A stretch of 64,000 nt of DNA from Azolla caroliniana (GCA_043228905.1 JBHGNT010000002.1:13578001-13642000); one strand, 5' to 3'. Positions 1 through 11,662 are shown, counted from the first letter of the stretch. Notes: generated by a model not told the origin, from the letters alone. A program made the numbers and translations.

Positions 1-251
1 ATGGCATGGTGTGACATTAGACGAGGGCTCAAGTGCGATCAACTGAGATCCAAACCTGCTTGGCTCAGTCAACGTATCCTATGGAACCCATGTATCAAGG
101 ACGAATCTAATCAACTACTGGGATCACGAAGGGGTTGTCCTAGCAATACATTGCAAAAGGTCCAGGAAAAAGTATAGAATGTTGGAGACGGTGTCGTGAA
201 GAATGTGCTTCACGATATAAAAATGAGCTTAAATGTTGTATTTAATAATAT

Positions 252-315
252 TTGAGAGACTTGAACCCACATCCTTATATACGATGTACAATGTACATAC
301 CACTAGGCTAGGCTA
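252..315 (-). ncRNA. tRNA-like Pol III cassette 1 inside the LTR (copy at about 6929-6992)
   Basis: Minus strand reads A-box TAGCCTAGTGG, stem TTGTA/TATAA with a 7-nt loop, B-box GGTTCAAGTC. No acceptor stem. Confidence 0.6.
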
Positions 316-387
316 TTTATTTGTAAAAGTGCGTAATAAATGTGCTTCATGATATAAGAATGAAGCTATATATTGTATTAAGTAAAA

Positions 388-451
388 TTGAGGGACTTGA
401 ACCCTCAACCTTGTATATCAAGCACAAACCATACACCACTAAGCTAGGTTA
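388..451 (-). ncRNA. tRNA-like Pol III cassette 2 inside the LTR (copy at about 7065-7128)
   Basis: Minus strand reads A-box TAGCTTAGTGG, stem TTGTG/TACAA with a 7-nt loop, perfect T-arm GAGGG-TTCAAGT-CCCTC, then TTTT. Confidence 0.65.
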
Positions 452-504
452 TTTGTTTTAGGGTTATATCCATCATTATACTTATCCCAATACATGGGAG
501 CTCA

Positions 505-628
505 AATGAGCATGATGGCTATCATGCATCACATGCAATGCATGTGCGCCAAATGGCGATCATGCATCAGATGTAACTCATGCATTACATGCATGACATT
601 ACCATATGCATGGAAATACTTATAAAAA
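505..628 (+). promoter_or_regulatory. RY (CATGCA) motif cluster followed by a TATA box in the LTR
   Basis: At least five CATGCA plus overlapping TGCATG within about 110 bp, then TATAAAA at about 621-627. Confidence 0.5.
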
Positions 629-697
629 GAGAGGAAAGGAAAACAAAAGGGAATCAAGGAATCAAGAGAGAGTAAAAAAATAATATAATCAATTGAA

Positions 698-760
698 GAA
701 GACTAGCTCATTGGGTGGAGAACCTCTCGTTTCGAAGTTGAGGTCGAGGGTTCAAATCAA
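698..760 (+). ncRNA. tRNA-like Pol III cassette 3 inside the LTR (copy at about 7375-7437)
   Basis: A-box TAGCTCATTGG (704-714), loop-like TTTCGAA, AGGTC, B-box GGTTCAAATC (749-758), at tRNA-like spacing. Confidence 0.6.
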
Positions 761-959
761 GGGTCGGTATTGAAAAGATTCATCTTGCGATCAAGGATTG
801 TAAAGTTGGTAAAATATTATATTTTTAATATACATCATGTTTATATCATATACTCTTGTTCTTTGAATCATACTTTGTCTCAATCTTCTTTCTAGAATCA
901 TACTTTGTCTCAATCTTCTTTCTTGAATCATACATTGTCTCTTTCTTTTATCTATGCTC

Positions 960-1006
<47 letters not shown>

Positions 1007-1147
1007 ATTACTTGTAACTCTTCATCTTACTATCCTTAACCATTCTATCATCACCATACAAGCCTTATTAAACTTAAGTTTCTTCAACTCCCCTTAACCT
1101 TAGTCCCCGCGACTTCGCCGCACGAACCACAACTACCCCGACACATT

Positions 1148-1164
1148 TGGTGAACCCGACGTGA
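1148..1164 (+). other. Primer binding site complementary to tRNA-Trp 3' end
   Basis: TGGTGAACCCGACGTGA is the reverse complement of TCACGTCGGGTTCACCA, the plant cytosolic tRNA-Trp 3' end as I recall it. Confidence 0.85.
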
Positions 1165-1182
1165 AGGCGGCGACGAGGAGAA

Positions 1183-3297
1183 ATGGAGGAGCAAATGAGG
1201 CTTATGTGTACGATGATGGAACGAGTGATGCGGGAACAAGGGATGATGGCAAGCATCGACAAAGCCGTCGACAATATTCTCGCACGAGTAGGAATCTTCG
1301 AAGGTATAAATTTAACAAGATTTCTGAAGATTTATAATGAAGAAATGCTTAAACGCGGTGTCGACGAAGCAACAAAAATTAATAGCTTTAGTCGAGTCGT
1401 TGCGATTGGGCTACAAGAGAGGATCCAAGAGCTCCAAAGGGAGAATCAGACATGGACAACGTTCCAAAATGCATTACTCAATGCATACAACCTCAACGAT
1501 ATGTCAAGGATGACAAGGCGAGCTTTCATGGATTGGGTAGAGTCTAATAAACATTTAAGTGTTTTGGAAGTATTAAAAGAGTTTTCTGAAAGATTTGAGC
1601 AACTAAATGTTAGAGATAGAAATATAATAGTGCCAGATAAAGTAATATTGTTTCTACAAGCTACTAATATTAAAGACAGGAAGGACTTGGGAATGCTTTT
1701 AGAAGATCAGAATAGTCCAAGTGGACTTACCGAAGATTGGGAGGAGGTGAAAAGGGCGTGCGCCCATTTCTGCAAAAGAAAGTTATGGTTTATGGAGTTG
1801 CCCGACAAAAATGATGAAGAAACGGGGAACGAGTCGGGAGAAAAGAAAGTAGAAGAATCACTCTTACACGAATTAGTGAAAGGCATGAAAGACTTGTCGA
1901 TCAAAGTGACGAAGCTAGAATCGGGACAAAGCTCGACTTCATCAAGGCAGGGAGGTGGAATGGTCCGAAGGTGTATGTGGTGTGATAGTATCGACCACCA
2001 GAAGAAAGATTGTCAAGAGCATAGGGATGCTCTTAATCATAATAAAATCTACTATCAAGATGGCAAGATTCACTCAACTGAGACTCGACAACCACTTCAA
2101 CTCAACTTCGGGCGAGGAGGAATGAAAAGGCTAATGGAAGATGCCGAGAGAGAAACGACTCAAGCGATACAATCCGTGGCAACCTTAGGATTGCGCGTAG
2201 AAGACTCATATGGTGGATCTGGCTTTTGGCAATATGTGATGGATTATGCAAGAAAAGGGAAGGTTCGAGTGGATGAATTAAAAAGAGTGGGAGATGAAAT
2301 ACGAAACTTCACTGGATGGAATGATCCAGTAGACGCGCTATCAGCATTCGCCCAAGTGAATGCACAAGATGTGCTAGTGGAAGAGAAGCGGAAGAGAGCC
2401 GAGGAAGCTGATCCGACAAAGAGACATGAGACATGAGAACAAAAGAGAAGGGAGATGGAAAAGGGTGCTATTGAGCCGAAGGAAGCTGATAAAGTAAAAG
2501 GAAAGACAGGCCCATCTTTCAAGCTTGCCTCAGACATAGAAACAACGACGGATATAAAAAAGGTACTAGAAACAAGAATATTAAATAGTAAGGTAGAATT
2601 TACTTTAAGAGAAGTGTTGGGTATAGCAAAGAAAGAATTTCATGAAGTTATCATAGATATTATTAGAAGGAAGAGACGGGTGACGGAGGAAATTACGGGA
2701 GGGTGTGCAGCAACACTCCAAGATTTGTATGGTGGCACCATCAATGCTGCAAGTGTAAAAAACCAGAATGATGTTGGCGTCCATGAAGGGGATAGGAGTC
2801 ACTATACAAGGGACCATTGGGCTCGAGCAACAACGGAGGCACCTGCAAAAATTGGGGAGCAGCAAATTCCATGTATTGCTTTGATCGATCATGGATCAAA
2901 GATTAACATGATGTCATCGGAATTTTATGCTCGAGGACGATGGCCGATCGACAAGAATCATGGGTGGAAAATAAGAGCTGCCACAGAAACTACGAAGGAT
3001 CTATTCGGAGCATGTCCTAGTGTGAAGGTAACAATTGGTGATGTCTCGGTGAATCAAAATTTCTTTGTGCAGGATCGATCAACCTACCCCGTCATCCTTG
3101 GCCAGCCCTACATCACCGCAGTGAGGATGGAAACAAAGGTTATTGATGATGGTTCGGCTTTCGCGAGAATCAAGAGTCAAGATGGAAGAAAGACTGTCCA
3201 ATTCTTAACCGTGAGGCCCAACCATGAAAGAAACAAAGAATGCTTGAGGGAACATCCAATTCAAGAGATGGATGAAGAGTTTTCCCAGGATTTTTAG
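1183..3297 (+). pseudogene. gag-pro: Gag plus aspartic protease, one frame interrupted by TGA at 2434-2436
   Basis: ORFs 1183-2436 and 2455-3297 share a frame. Zinc knuckle CMWCDSIDHQKKDC. Protease motifs ALIDHGS and VILGQPY. Confidence 0.85.
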
Positions 3298-3350
3298 ATA
3301 GGGCTTTTACAGGTAGGGGCTGTGATAGCCCGAGCATAAAAGAAAACCCC
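3288..3350 (+). other. Putative -1 programmed ribosomal frameshift signal
   Basis: G GAT TTT directly before the TAG, a 6-nt spacer, and stem 3301-3312/3320-3331. The -1 frame is open from here into pol. Confidence 0.7.
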
Positions 3351-6300
3351 ATAAATAATAATGTAAATAAAGATATTCCTTGTACAATCTCATCTAATGG
3401 TGCTACTTTTATACTAAAAGTAAATAATAATAAAATACAAAATGCTTTCGAGTACTTTAAGTGTTCTGGATTAATAGATGATGATGAAGAAATTCAGGAT
3501 ATGTTTGAAGAATTAAGTTTTGAAGATACAATAACTCATTTGGAAGCAATGGAAGAAGACAACGAAATCCAAGTTCCTGTCCATTCAATCAAGATGTATG
3601 AGGTCATTGAAGAAGTTGCTCGAAAGGATCATGAAGCACATGTACTAACAAAATACAAGACAGTGGAGAAGAAGGTTCGTCCTATTGCTGCTCCACTTCC
3701 AGGGGATAGTGAAAAGGCAATCAAAGAAGCAGCCATAGAGCCAATGATCAGAGACCCACGAAAGGTAGGACATGTGTTTACTCCGGAAACAATACAAGGG
3801 ATGAAAATAGGAGGGGGTGACTTCCTATTACCCGCTGAAGAAAAGCAGTTCAGGGAGATGTTAAAAAGGCATGGAAAGGTATTCACATTTCAACCGGAAG
3901 AAATAGGGTGTGTGGATCCAGAAATTGTGGAGCCCATGGTTATATTCACTATCCCTCATATTCCATGGAACTTTAAGCCAATATCCATGCCTAGGGCTAG
4001 AATCCCTCAACTATTAGAACTTTTGAAAGAAAAGATAAGGATGGGTATCTTGGAACCATCGAACGCTCCTTACTCGAGTCGATGGTTCACTGTGTTAAAG
4101 AAAGATGGGCGACTCCGATTTATCCAAGATATGCAACCCGTGAATAAGGTAACAATCCGAAACTTGGGAGTAGGGCCAATTGTGGATGAGTTTGCTGAGA
4201 TGTTTGCAGGAAGAGCTATATATTCAATGGGAGACCTTTATTCCGGATATGATCAATTTCAACTTGCTATCAAAAGTCGAGATATAACTTCTATCAAGAC
4301 ACCTATAGGGTTAGTACGGATGTGCACCTTGCCGCAAGGAGCGACCAACTCAGTGGCGCATATGATGAATGGAATGAACAAGGTACTTCGTGATTTTATT
4401 CCTCATATTACAATGCCTTTTCTAGATGATGTTCCAATTAAGGGATGCAAGGAGGAAGAGAAGAACGAGGAATTGGACGAAAGTGGTTGCCGTCAATTCG
4501 TTGCTGATCATATCAAGGATTGTGAGAAGGTGCTATCAAGGATGGAAGAAGTGCATTTGACCTTATCAGGGGCGAAGTCAATATTTGGGGCAAAAGAGAT
4601 ATTAATAGTTGGTCATATGTGTGGCCCGTATGGGAGAAAGCCATCCCCAACCAAGGTCAATGCAATTCAAAATATGCAAGAGGAATGTACATCCATCTCA
4701 GAAGTACGAAGGTTTCTGGGGGTATGTGTTTTTTACTGTAAATGGATTCCGCATTATGCCCATTTATCTGAACCTTTATATAGACTCCCAAGAAAAGGAG
4801 AGACATTTGAATGGAGTGAAGAGCATTCAGAGGCAATGAAGAAATTGAAGTACTACTTGGCACAAGCTCCACCATTAAAGCAACCAGACTACACCCGGCC
4901 CATATATCTCACAGTAGACTCTAGTCCCATTGGAATTGGATGGGTGATAAGCCAACAAGATAGGGAAGAAAGGTATCCAGTCCGATTCGGGGCAAAGGTT
5001 CTTAGTGGTCGACAAAGAAAATATGCACAGGTGAAAAGAGAGCTATGGGGGATAGTAACAGCTGTAAAGACAGACAGAGATTACTTAATTGGTGCTGAAG
5101 TAATAATAGAAACAGATTGTTTGCCTATTCTGGGTATCATAGCTAATTGTGATATTCCAGATCAAGCCATGTTAAGATGGTGTATCTATATTAGATCAAT
5201 CAACCCTGAAGCTCGACATATCTCTGGGAATAGAAATGCAGTAGCAGATATGTTATCAAGAGCAAGGTATGAGGAAGAGGAGATTCCAGACTCGGACGAT
5301 GAGGACAAAGAACAAACAGTCCTTACCACAGATTGTTTGCCTATTCTGGGTATCATAGCTAATTGTGATATTCCAGATCAAGCCATGTTAAGATGGTGTA
5401 TCTATATTAGATCAATCAACCCTGAAGCTCGACATATCTCTGGGAATAGAAATGCAGTAGCAGATATGTTATCAAGAGCAAGGTATGAGGAAGAGGAGAT
5501 TCCAGACTCGGACGATGAGGACAAAGAACAAACAGTCCTTACCACAAGCATTACTCGGGAAGGAAGAATGCAGTTTCTAGAAGAGGAGTATGAAGATGAA
5601 TTCAAGGAAATAGGGAAATACCTACAAACCCCTAACAAGTACAAAGGTCGATCTGGAAAAGAGTTCGCACAGTTTCGCAAGAAAGCCCATAAGTTCTTCC
5701 TGTATGAAGGATATCTATGGCGACATCCGAAAACCAAGACTGGAAACCTGCAAAGAGTAATAGGTTCTGAAGGGCAAAGAAAGGAGATAATCAAAGAGCT
5801 GCATGACAAAGAATGGGCTAGTCATCGAGGAGTGTGGGCCACTTTCAGTAAGATTAAAGAACGATTTTGGTGGCCTCGATACTATGAGCAAATAAAAAAG
5901 TATGTGGAAACTTGTCCCACTTGTCAATATTATTCAAATGTAAAATTTTGTGATGAATTACACCCAACATACTCACCGGGGGTGCATTACAAGTGGATGA
6001 TAGATTTGGTAACAATGCCACTTGGAGTAGGACAAAAGAGATACTTGGTTCTTGCTAGAGAAGATCTAACAAATCAAGTGGAAGGTCGTTCATTGAGAAA
6101 AAAAGGGACATTAGGAGTATGTCAATTCATCTTGGAGGACATTGTTTGTAGATATGGATGTATCGGGAAGATAGTGGCAGATAGGGGAGAACTAAATTCT
6201 GCGGAAGCTCAAGATTTTTTCGACAAAATAGGAATTCGGCTTTCTTTGACAACGACGTACAATCCAGAAGCTAATGGAAAGGTAGAAAGGGGACATGGGC

Positions 6301-6876
6301 CAATAGTCAAAGCTTTGGCAAAGGCATGTAGAATTAATCACAGGACAGAAGCCAATAATGCCAATTGAAGAAAAGATAACTACATGGGCTGTGTTGCCTT
6401 GGGAATCAGAAATGAGTAGGGAAGATTTACTTGCGGTTCGAATACGACAACTTCAATCAAGGATAGAAGACATAGAAAAAGCAGCTACTAGATTGAAAGA
6501 GGCAAGAATCAAGAATAAGGACAGATTTGACAAGATGAAAAGAATACGACCAAGAAAGGTGCAAGAGGGAGATTGGGTATTAGTATATGATAATAGCCTA
6601 GATAATCAATACAGTACTATTCGGAAGTTTGCAAAAAGATGGTTTGGACCTTATGAAGTTAGGAAAATAATAGATAAAGCGACATATTTCCTCAATGAAT
6701 TAGATGGGACAGAAATTCGTATCCCAATTGCAGGAAAAAGGATTAAAATATTTAAAAGGAGGGAGTCATTAGAGCCTGAATTTTATGAAGAAGTAGAAGA
6801 ACTAAAAGAATCGGAAGATGTGTTGGATGAACTCTGCACAACCAATGTGCAAGTTCAGAGGGGGTGGGTGTCGTGA
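3291..6876 (+). pseudogene. pol: Pol (RT-RNase H-integrase) with an internal duplication and an integrase frameshift/deletion
   Basis: RT motifs GYDQF, LPQG, FLDD. RNase H TVDSS and ADMLSR. Integrase HHCC region, DRGE, NGKVER. The GPY motif lies in the shifted frame 6358-6876. Confidence 0.9.
5112..5543 (+). repeat. Exact in-frame 216-bp tandem duplication in RNase H
   Basis: 5112-5327 equals 5328-5543, with ACA microhomology at the junction. The 72-aa repeat is visible in the ORF. Confidence 0.95.
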
Positions 6877-7637
6877 AGAATGTGCTTCACGATATAAAAA
6901 TGAGCTTAAATGTTGTATTTAATAATATTTGAGAGACTTGAACCCACATCCTTATATACGATGTACAATGTACATACCACTAGGCTAGGCTATTTATTTG
7001 TAAAAGTGTGTAATAAATGTGCTTCATGATATAAGAATGAAGCTATATATTGTATTAAGTAAAATTGAGGGACTTGAACCCTCAACCTTGTATATCAAGC
7101 ACAAACCATACACCACTAAGCTAGGTTATTTGTTTTAGGGTTATATCCATCATTATACTTATCCCAATACATGGGAGCTCAAATGAGCATGATGGCTATC
7201 ATGCATCACATGCAATGCATGTGCGCCAAATGGCGATCATGCATCAGATGTAACTCATGCATTACATGCATGACATTACCATATGCATGGAAATACTTAT
7301 AAAAAGAGAGGAAAGGAAAACAAAAGGGAATCAAGGAATCAAGAGAGAGTAAAAAAATAATACAATCAATTGAAGAAGACTAGCTCATTGGGTGGAGAAC
7401 CTCTCGTTTCGAAGTTGAGGTCGAGGGTTCAAATCAAGGGTCGGTATTGAAAAGATTCATCTTGCGATCAAGGATTGTAAAGTTGGTAAAATATTATATT
7501 TTTAATATACATCATGTTTATATCATATACTCTTGTTCTTTGAATCATACTTTGTCTCAATCTTCTTTCTAGAATCATACTTTGTCTCAATCTTCTTTCT
7601 TGAATCATACATTGTCTCTTTCTTTTATCTATGCTCG

Positions 7638-7684
<47 letters not shown>

Positions 7685-7820
7685 TTACTTGTAACTCTTC
7701 ATCTTACTATCCTTAACCATTCTATCATCACCATACAAGCCTTATTAAACTTAAGTTTCTTCAACTCCCCTTAACCTTAGTCCCCGCGACTTCGCCGCAT
7801 GAACCACAACTACCCCGACA
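6869..7820 (+). repeat. 3' LTR of element 1, preceded by PPT AGAGGGGGTGGG (6857-6868)
   Basis: Direct repeat of 192-1143. Confidence 0.95.
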
Positions 7821-9099
7821 ACGGTTTATGTCACTACCACTACAAGATCAAGCCAACATATTCCATGGAATCAGGGGTGGATGGACTATGAGATCGGAAA
7901 ACATTAACGCTCGACTGATTAGGGAAGCTGCTACTCAAAGGACAACAATAGAGAAATGGATAAGCTACGAGGAGGAGGGATCTTTGATCCCGAGAAGTAG
8001 GGGAACACCAGACAGGATTGAAGGCTCTGAATTGCGAGACACTGAGACACCAACACAGAATAACACAATTCGAGTACTCGCGTATACTGGTCATAAATGG
8101 ATTGTAGATCCTGATCCAATCAAAGTACAATCCGATTGGCACATATGTACTCATGAAACACATGGCTACGTAATGTCAGTTGGGACCCTTTGCAATGGAC
8201 ATGGCGTGATCCTTACACGGGGCAAGGAAGCAAACCCATCCCTTTCTTCCAATTCACAACTAGATTGGGTCGCCACATTCTAGCTGCTCAAACCGCCTAA
8301 GAGCCGGCTGCTACAAAGGTTTGGCACACATTTTAAGTTCCTCACACAATTATCACCAAGTTTTGGCAGAAAATCTGGAAACAACAACACGCGAAGCGAA
8401 TTACCAGGTTCTAATGGCTATTAATACATAAGTCACTACCGGTGGGAGCATGGCAATGTGGGAACCTTAGCTCTCCTAATTGTGTAGAGTGGCCAAATGC
8501 AGTAGAATCAATACGACACGCTCTGTGGGACTGCCCAACGTCCCATCGAATATGGCGGGGGGTTGGCCGCTTGTTGCAATTATGCCAGGTGCAAGGCTCA
8601 ATCAAGTGGGGATATATATGTTGGCTATCATGGCAGATACGACCATCAAGAGGAGGGGATGACTTTGGTGATAAAAGCACAAGAGGTTTTTTTCTCCACC
8701 AGCGGCAATGTCCACTCAACTCCTCTTAATGACAAATCTCAAGTTGTGTTGGAATTGGTCAGCCCAATAACTCTTTGGATTCTATGGAAACAACGGTGTA
8801 GACGGGTCTTCTCCAACCAAACCGTGCATCCAACAAGGTTACTACAAGAGATATGGAGTGAAATTGTAGCCACTCTAAAGAGCCAATATGATGGCCTCAA
8901 GGGTGGCCCCGATGGAGTCGAAAGACAACGAATAGCCTTCATCCAACAATGGTCATCCTCTCCCTTTCTTGAGTCAGTGGACATCCACATAAGATGGAAC
9001 TATCGCGTCCCTACAAGGATTTGTACATAATAGTCTCATTTGTAAAATTTTATAACTAATGGAAGGAGTTTTTTTTTGGAAAAAAAAATAAAAAAAATT

Positions 9100-10400
9100 T
9101 CCCTCTTTCTTAATGGCATTTAACTTGAGGAATTCTACCTAACAAATGCACCTAAGTAATGTATGATCTCTTGTATCATTCCTATAAAGAAATAGTCCAT
9201 GACTAGTGACAATGCTTGCCACTTGTTAGTATTATAGCATTTTAATTATGACAATGTAAACATCAACTATTAAGGACTTCATCCATTGTGAACATGTTCC
9301 ATAATGAAATTCAATATCCCATTGGTGTTCCAATTGATCTCGTCTTGATATTTATTGTAGGAGATTTCCTCTTGACTCAAAATTACAAGGATCTCTAGGG
9401 CACATAGGAATATCTATATCAAATTTGTCATGAGGTTTCATTCCAAACCAAACCAAATTCCTCTAATGTTGCTCGTTCTATAAGACTATCTTTTAAACAA
9501 GTAAGAGTCTTTCAAAACAAGTGATCTACATTTTTAGACATATGCATAGCATGTAATGTATGCCATATCGTGCAATCCTGTAATGTTCTAATGTAAACCT
9601 ATATATTGACAGATTGGGCTCTATCCCTGATTTGTTTGATACGTGTTTATGTCGATCATCATCATTCCCACTTATGCCGATGACTAGTCTAGTAATCCCC
9701 TTCCTCTCTTGATTTTACCAAAATGATGTGTTTGGGTGATGTAATGGGAGATCTGATGGTAGGATATTTTTAGATATGAGAGAGAAATTATAGTTTAGAT
9801 ATTGATCTAAACCAATCATTTGTCAACTTGAACATGGGTGCATGGTTTAAAGTTTACAACCTTTTATCCTTCAACCCCATAGTTAGGGTTTTCTTTAATA
9901 GTGAATGGTAAAATCCCACAAACATGTAGAGCTTGTTTATTTGTTTGTTTGGATGCACATATTGAACATCGATATCACTCCACAAAAATTTTAGAACACC
10001 AATTGGAGGTGCTAAATACATGTTTCAATCCTTAGCTTGCATTTTTTCTAATGATTAATAAAGATAACGTCAAGTGTTCATTTCCTATTCCTAGATGTGG
10101 TGTAGGGTACAATTTGTTATGTAATGATTAGTCAACTAAAACATTTTGATGGTTGCATAAAAAGTGGATTCACAACATCTAGATGGGATCTGTTAAGGCA
10201 CGAAGAGAAAAAATTTGTTGAACATGTTGATAGTGGTGGTAATGTTGTCTATTAAGAAAACAAGCTCAATCACACACCATGGGTGGGCATGTGGGGACAT
10301 TAAAGCCTATTAGGAACTTCGGATTTGGGCTGCCTTTCTATTTAATCATGTGGATACCCTAGACATCTTTCTCATTCTCCCATTCATTGTTAGATTGTTC
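9100..10400 (-). pseudogene. Possible highly degenerate LINE RT/endonuclease relic
   Basis: Only short minus-strand peptide echoes (DEINWN, QWMKSL) resembling LINE RT. No ORF. Confidence 0.3.
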
Positions 10401-10578
10401 CTATTTCTATGTGTACATTCATAGAAGCTTTATCTGTCTATTTATTTATCTCATAAGTCATAACACATATTTATGTATTTTATCTATCCATGATTGTGTT
10501 GCCTTTGGCACACAATCTGAACTTTGTCTTAATTAGTAAATATCCTTGCTCGTTGCAAAATGGATCTAATTAAGGAAA

Positions 10579-10581
<3 letters not shown>

Positions 10582-10654
<73 letters not shown>

Positions 10655-10666
10655 TAGATAGATAGA
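10582..10666. repeat. Compound microsatellite (TA)n(GA)n(GATA)n
   Basis: Directly visible. Confidence 0.95.
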
Positions 10667-11538
10667 TTATATTATCGTCTTCGGAGGTCAAATATGACCT
10701 ATGAGACCAAAAATATTACATTTCACGTAATACATGTGAAAGTGAGTAGTGACTCTTGATGTTCAAGAACTTTACCAATGAATGTTGCAATTGAGAGTGC
10801 ACATTGTGGTTGTGAGAAGAATTCATGCAAAGATTGGGCTTGATCGAAGAGATGTGGAAAGCATGGTCGAATATGATCAAAGGCAGAGCATTGTATCAAA
10901 GTGTGATACTTAGACTCGCGAACTTGTTTAGGGCAAAGTGTGCATAGTCGACCACTCTCATCACTTGTACCCCAACGCCCTGTTTCACATCGCAATGCAT
11001 GTGAGCTAAGTTGCATGGAAGCAATGGTTCGAATGGCAGATTACAGTATGGGCTCTAACATGTATGGCTGTGTACGATTTCCCCGTTCCACAAAGAATAT
11101 GGTTTTGTAGTTAGGTGCAACATGTGTAGTATAATGTGTGAAGCGTGAGCCTTCACACTTGTCCCATGTCATGATACATTGGCGTTGCAAAAATGCCTCA
11201 TTTACAGAAGAATCTAATGATGCATCATGAAGCAAGTGTCTCGCATCCCATCTACCAAACCATTTTTCTATATCTTGCATCCAACCAGAACACAAAATTT
11301 TGCTTTTATGCATCTTTTGGATCTTTTTGCTTGCTTCCCATGCAATTCTAGGAAGTCGATGTGAGGGACTTTTTTGAACCTTAAGCATGTATTCAACAAC
11401 CCTTTCCATGGCCATGATCTCAATGGGAAGCGATCCTGTCTCAAGGAGGAGGAGGGTATAGGGCGTTTGTTTCTTAACTTGTAGAAACTTGGTAAGAAAA
11501 TGCTTTTGGACATTTTCAAACTCTTTCCACATAGATCT
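10667..11538 (-). mobile_element. 5'-truncated non-LTR retrotransposon, RTEX/RTE-like ORF2 C-terminus
   Basis: Peptides ENVQKHFL...LLLETG...RLPRIAW and SSHALRCETGRW...RLCTLC...HTLIQC. 3' hairpin at 10685-10700. (GA)n on both sides. Confidence 0.65.
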
Positions 11539-11662
11539 AGAGAGAGAGAGAGAGAGAGAGAGAGACATTAAAAATTTGTAAATATGCAGAATGAAGTGGT
11601 TTGAAGAATATTTGAAGCATTGTAAATTGTAATTATTGATCAAGTATAAATATCTTAAAAGT

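Larger units (their letters stand above)
192..1143 (+). repeat. 5' LTR of element 1
   Basis: Starts TGTCG, ends CGACA. Direct repeat of 6869-7820. Confidence 0.95.
192..7820 (+). mobile_element. Ty3/gypsy LTR retrotransposon, non-chromovirus (possibly Phygy/Selgy-like), young but defective (element 1)
   Basis: Two 952-bp TG...CA LTRs that differ at only a few sites. TSD ACGG (188-191, 7821-7824). tRNA-Trp PBS, PPT, and domain order gag-PR-RT-RH-INT. Confidence 0.95.
1..9097 (+). mobile_element. 3' part of an L1/Tx1-type LINE (ORF2 C-terminus), split by the gypsy insertion at 192-7820
   Basis: Broken frames give zf-RVT-like peptides (WLLIHKSLPVG...ESIRHALWDC, LWILWKQRCRRVF) at about 8410-9030, followed by an A-rich tail at about 9080-9097. 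Bases 1-191 join 7821 across the ACGG duplication. Confidence 0.7.

Noticed and set aside
252-760. Functional tRNA genes
   Set aside because: No acceptor stems and weak D-arms, so these are reported only as tRNA-like cassettes.
864-945. About 30-bp direct repeats as a CRISPR-like array
   Set aside because: Head-to-tail repeats with no spacers, inside a plant LTR.
791-1006. Small ORFs of the MCVCVC/ERERER type (also 7468-7683, 29395-29653, 41425-41637, 45900-46475)
   Set aside because: They are translations of microsatellites.
2434-2436. Programmed stop-codon readthrough between gag and protease
   Set aside because: The context is TGA GAA CAA, not the CARYYA readthrough motif. A CGA-to-TGA deamination is the simpler explanation.
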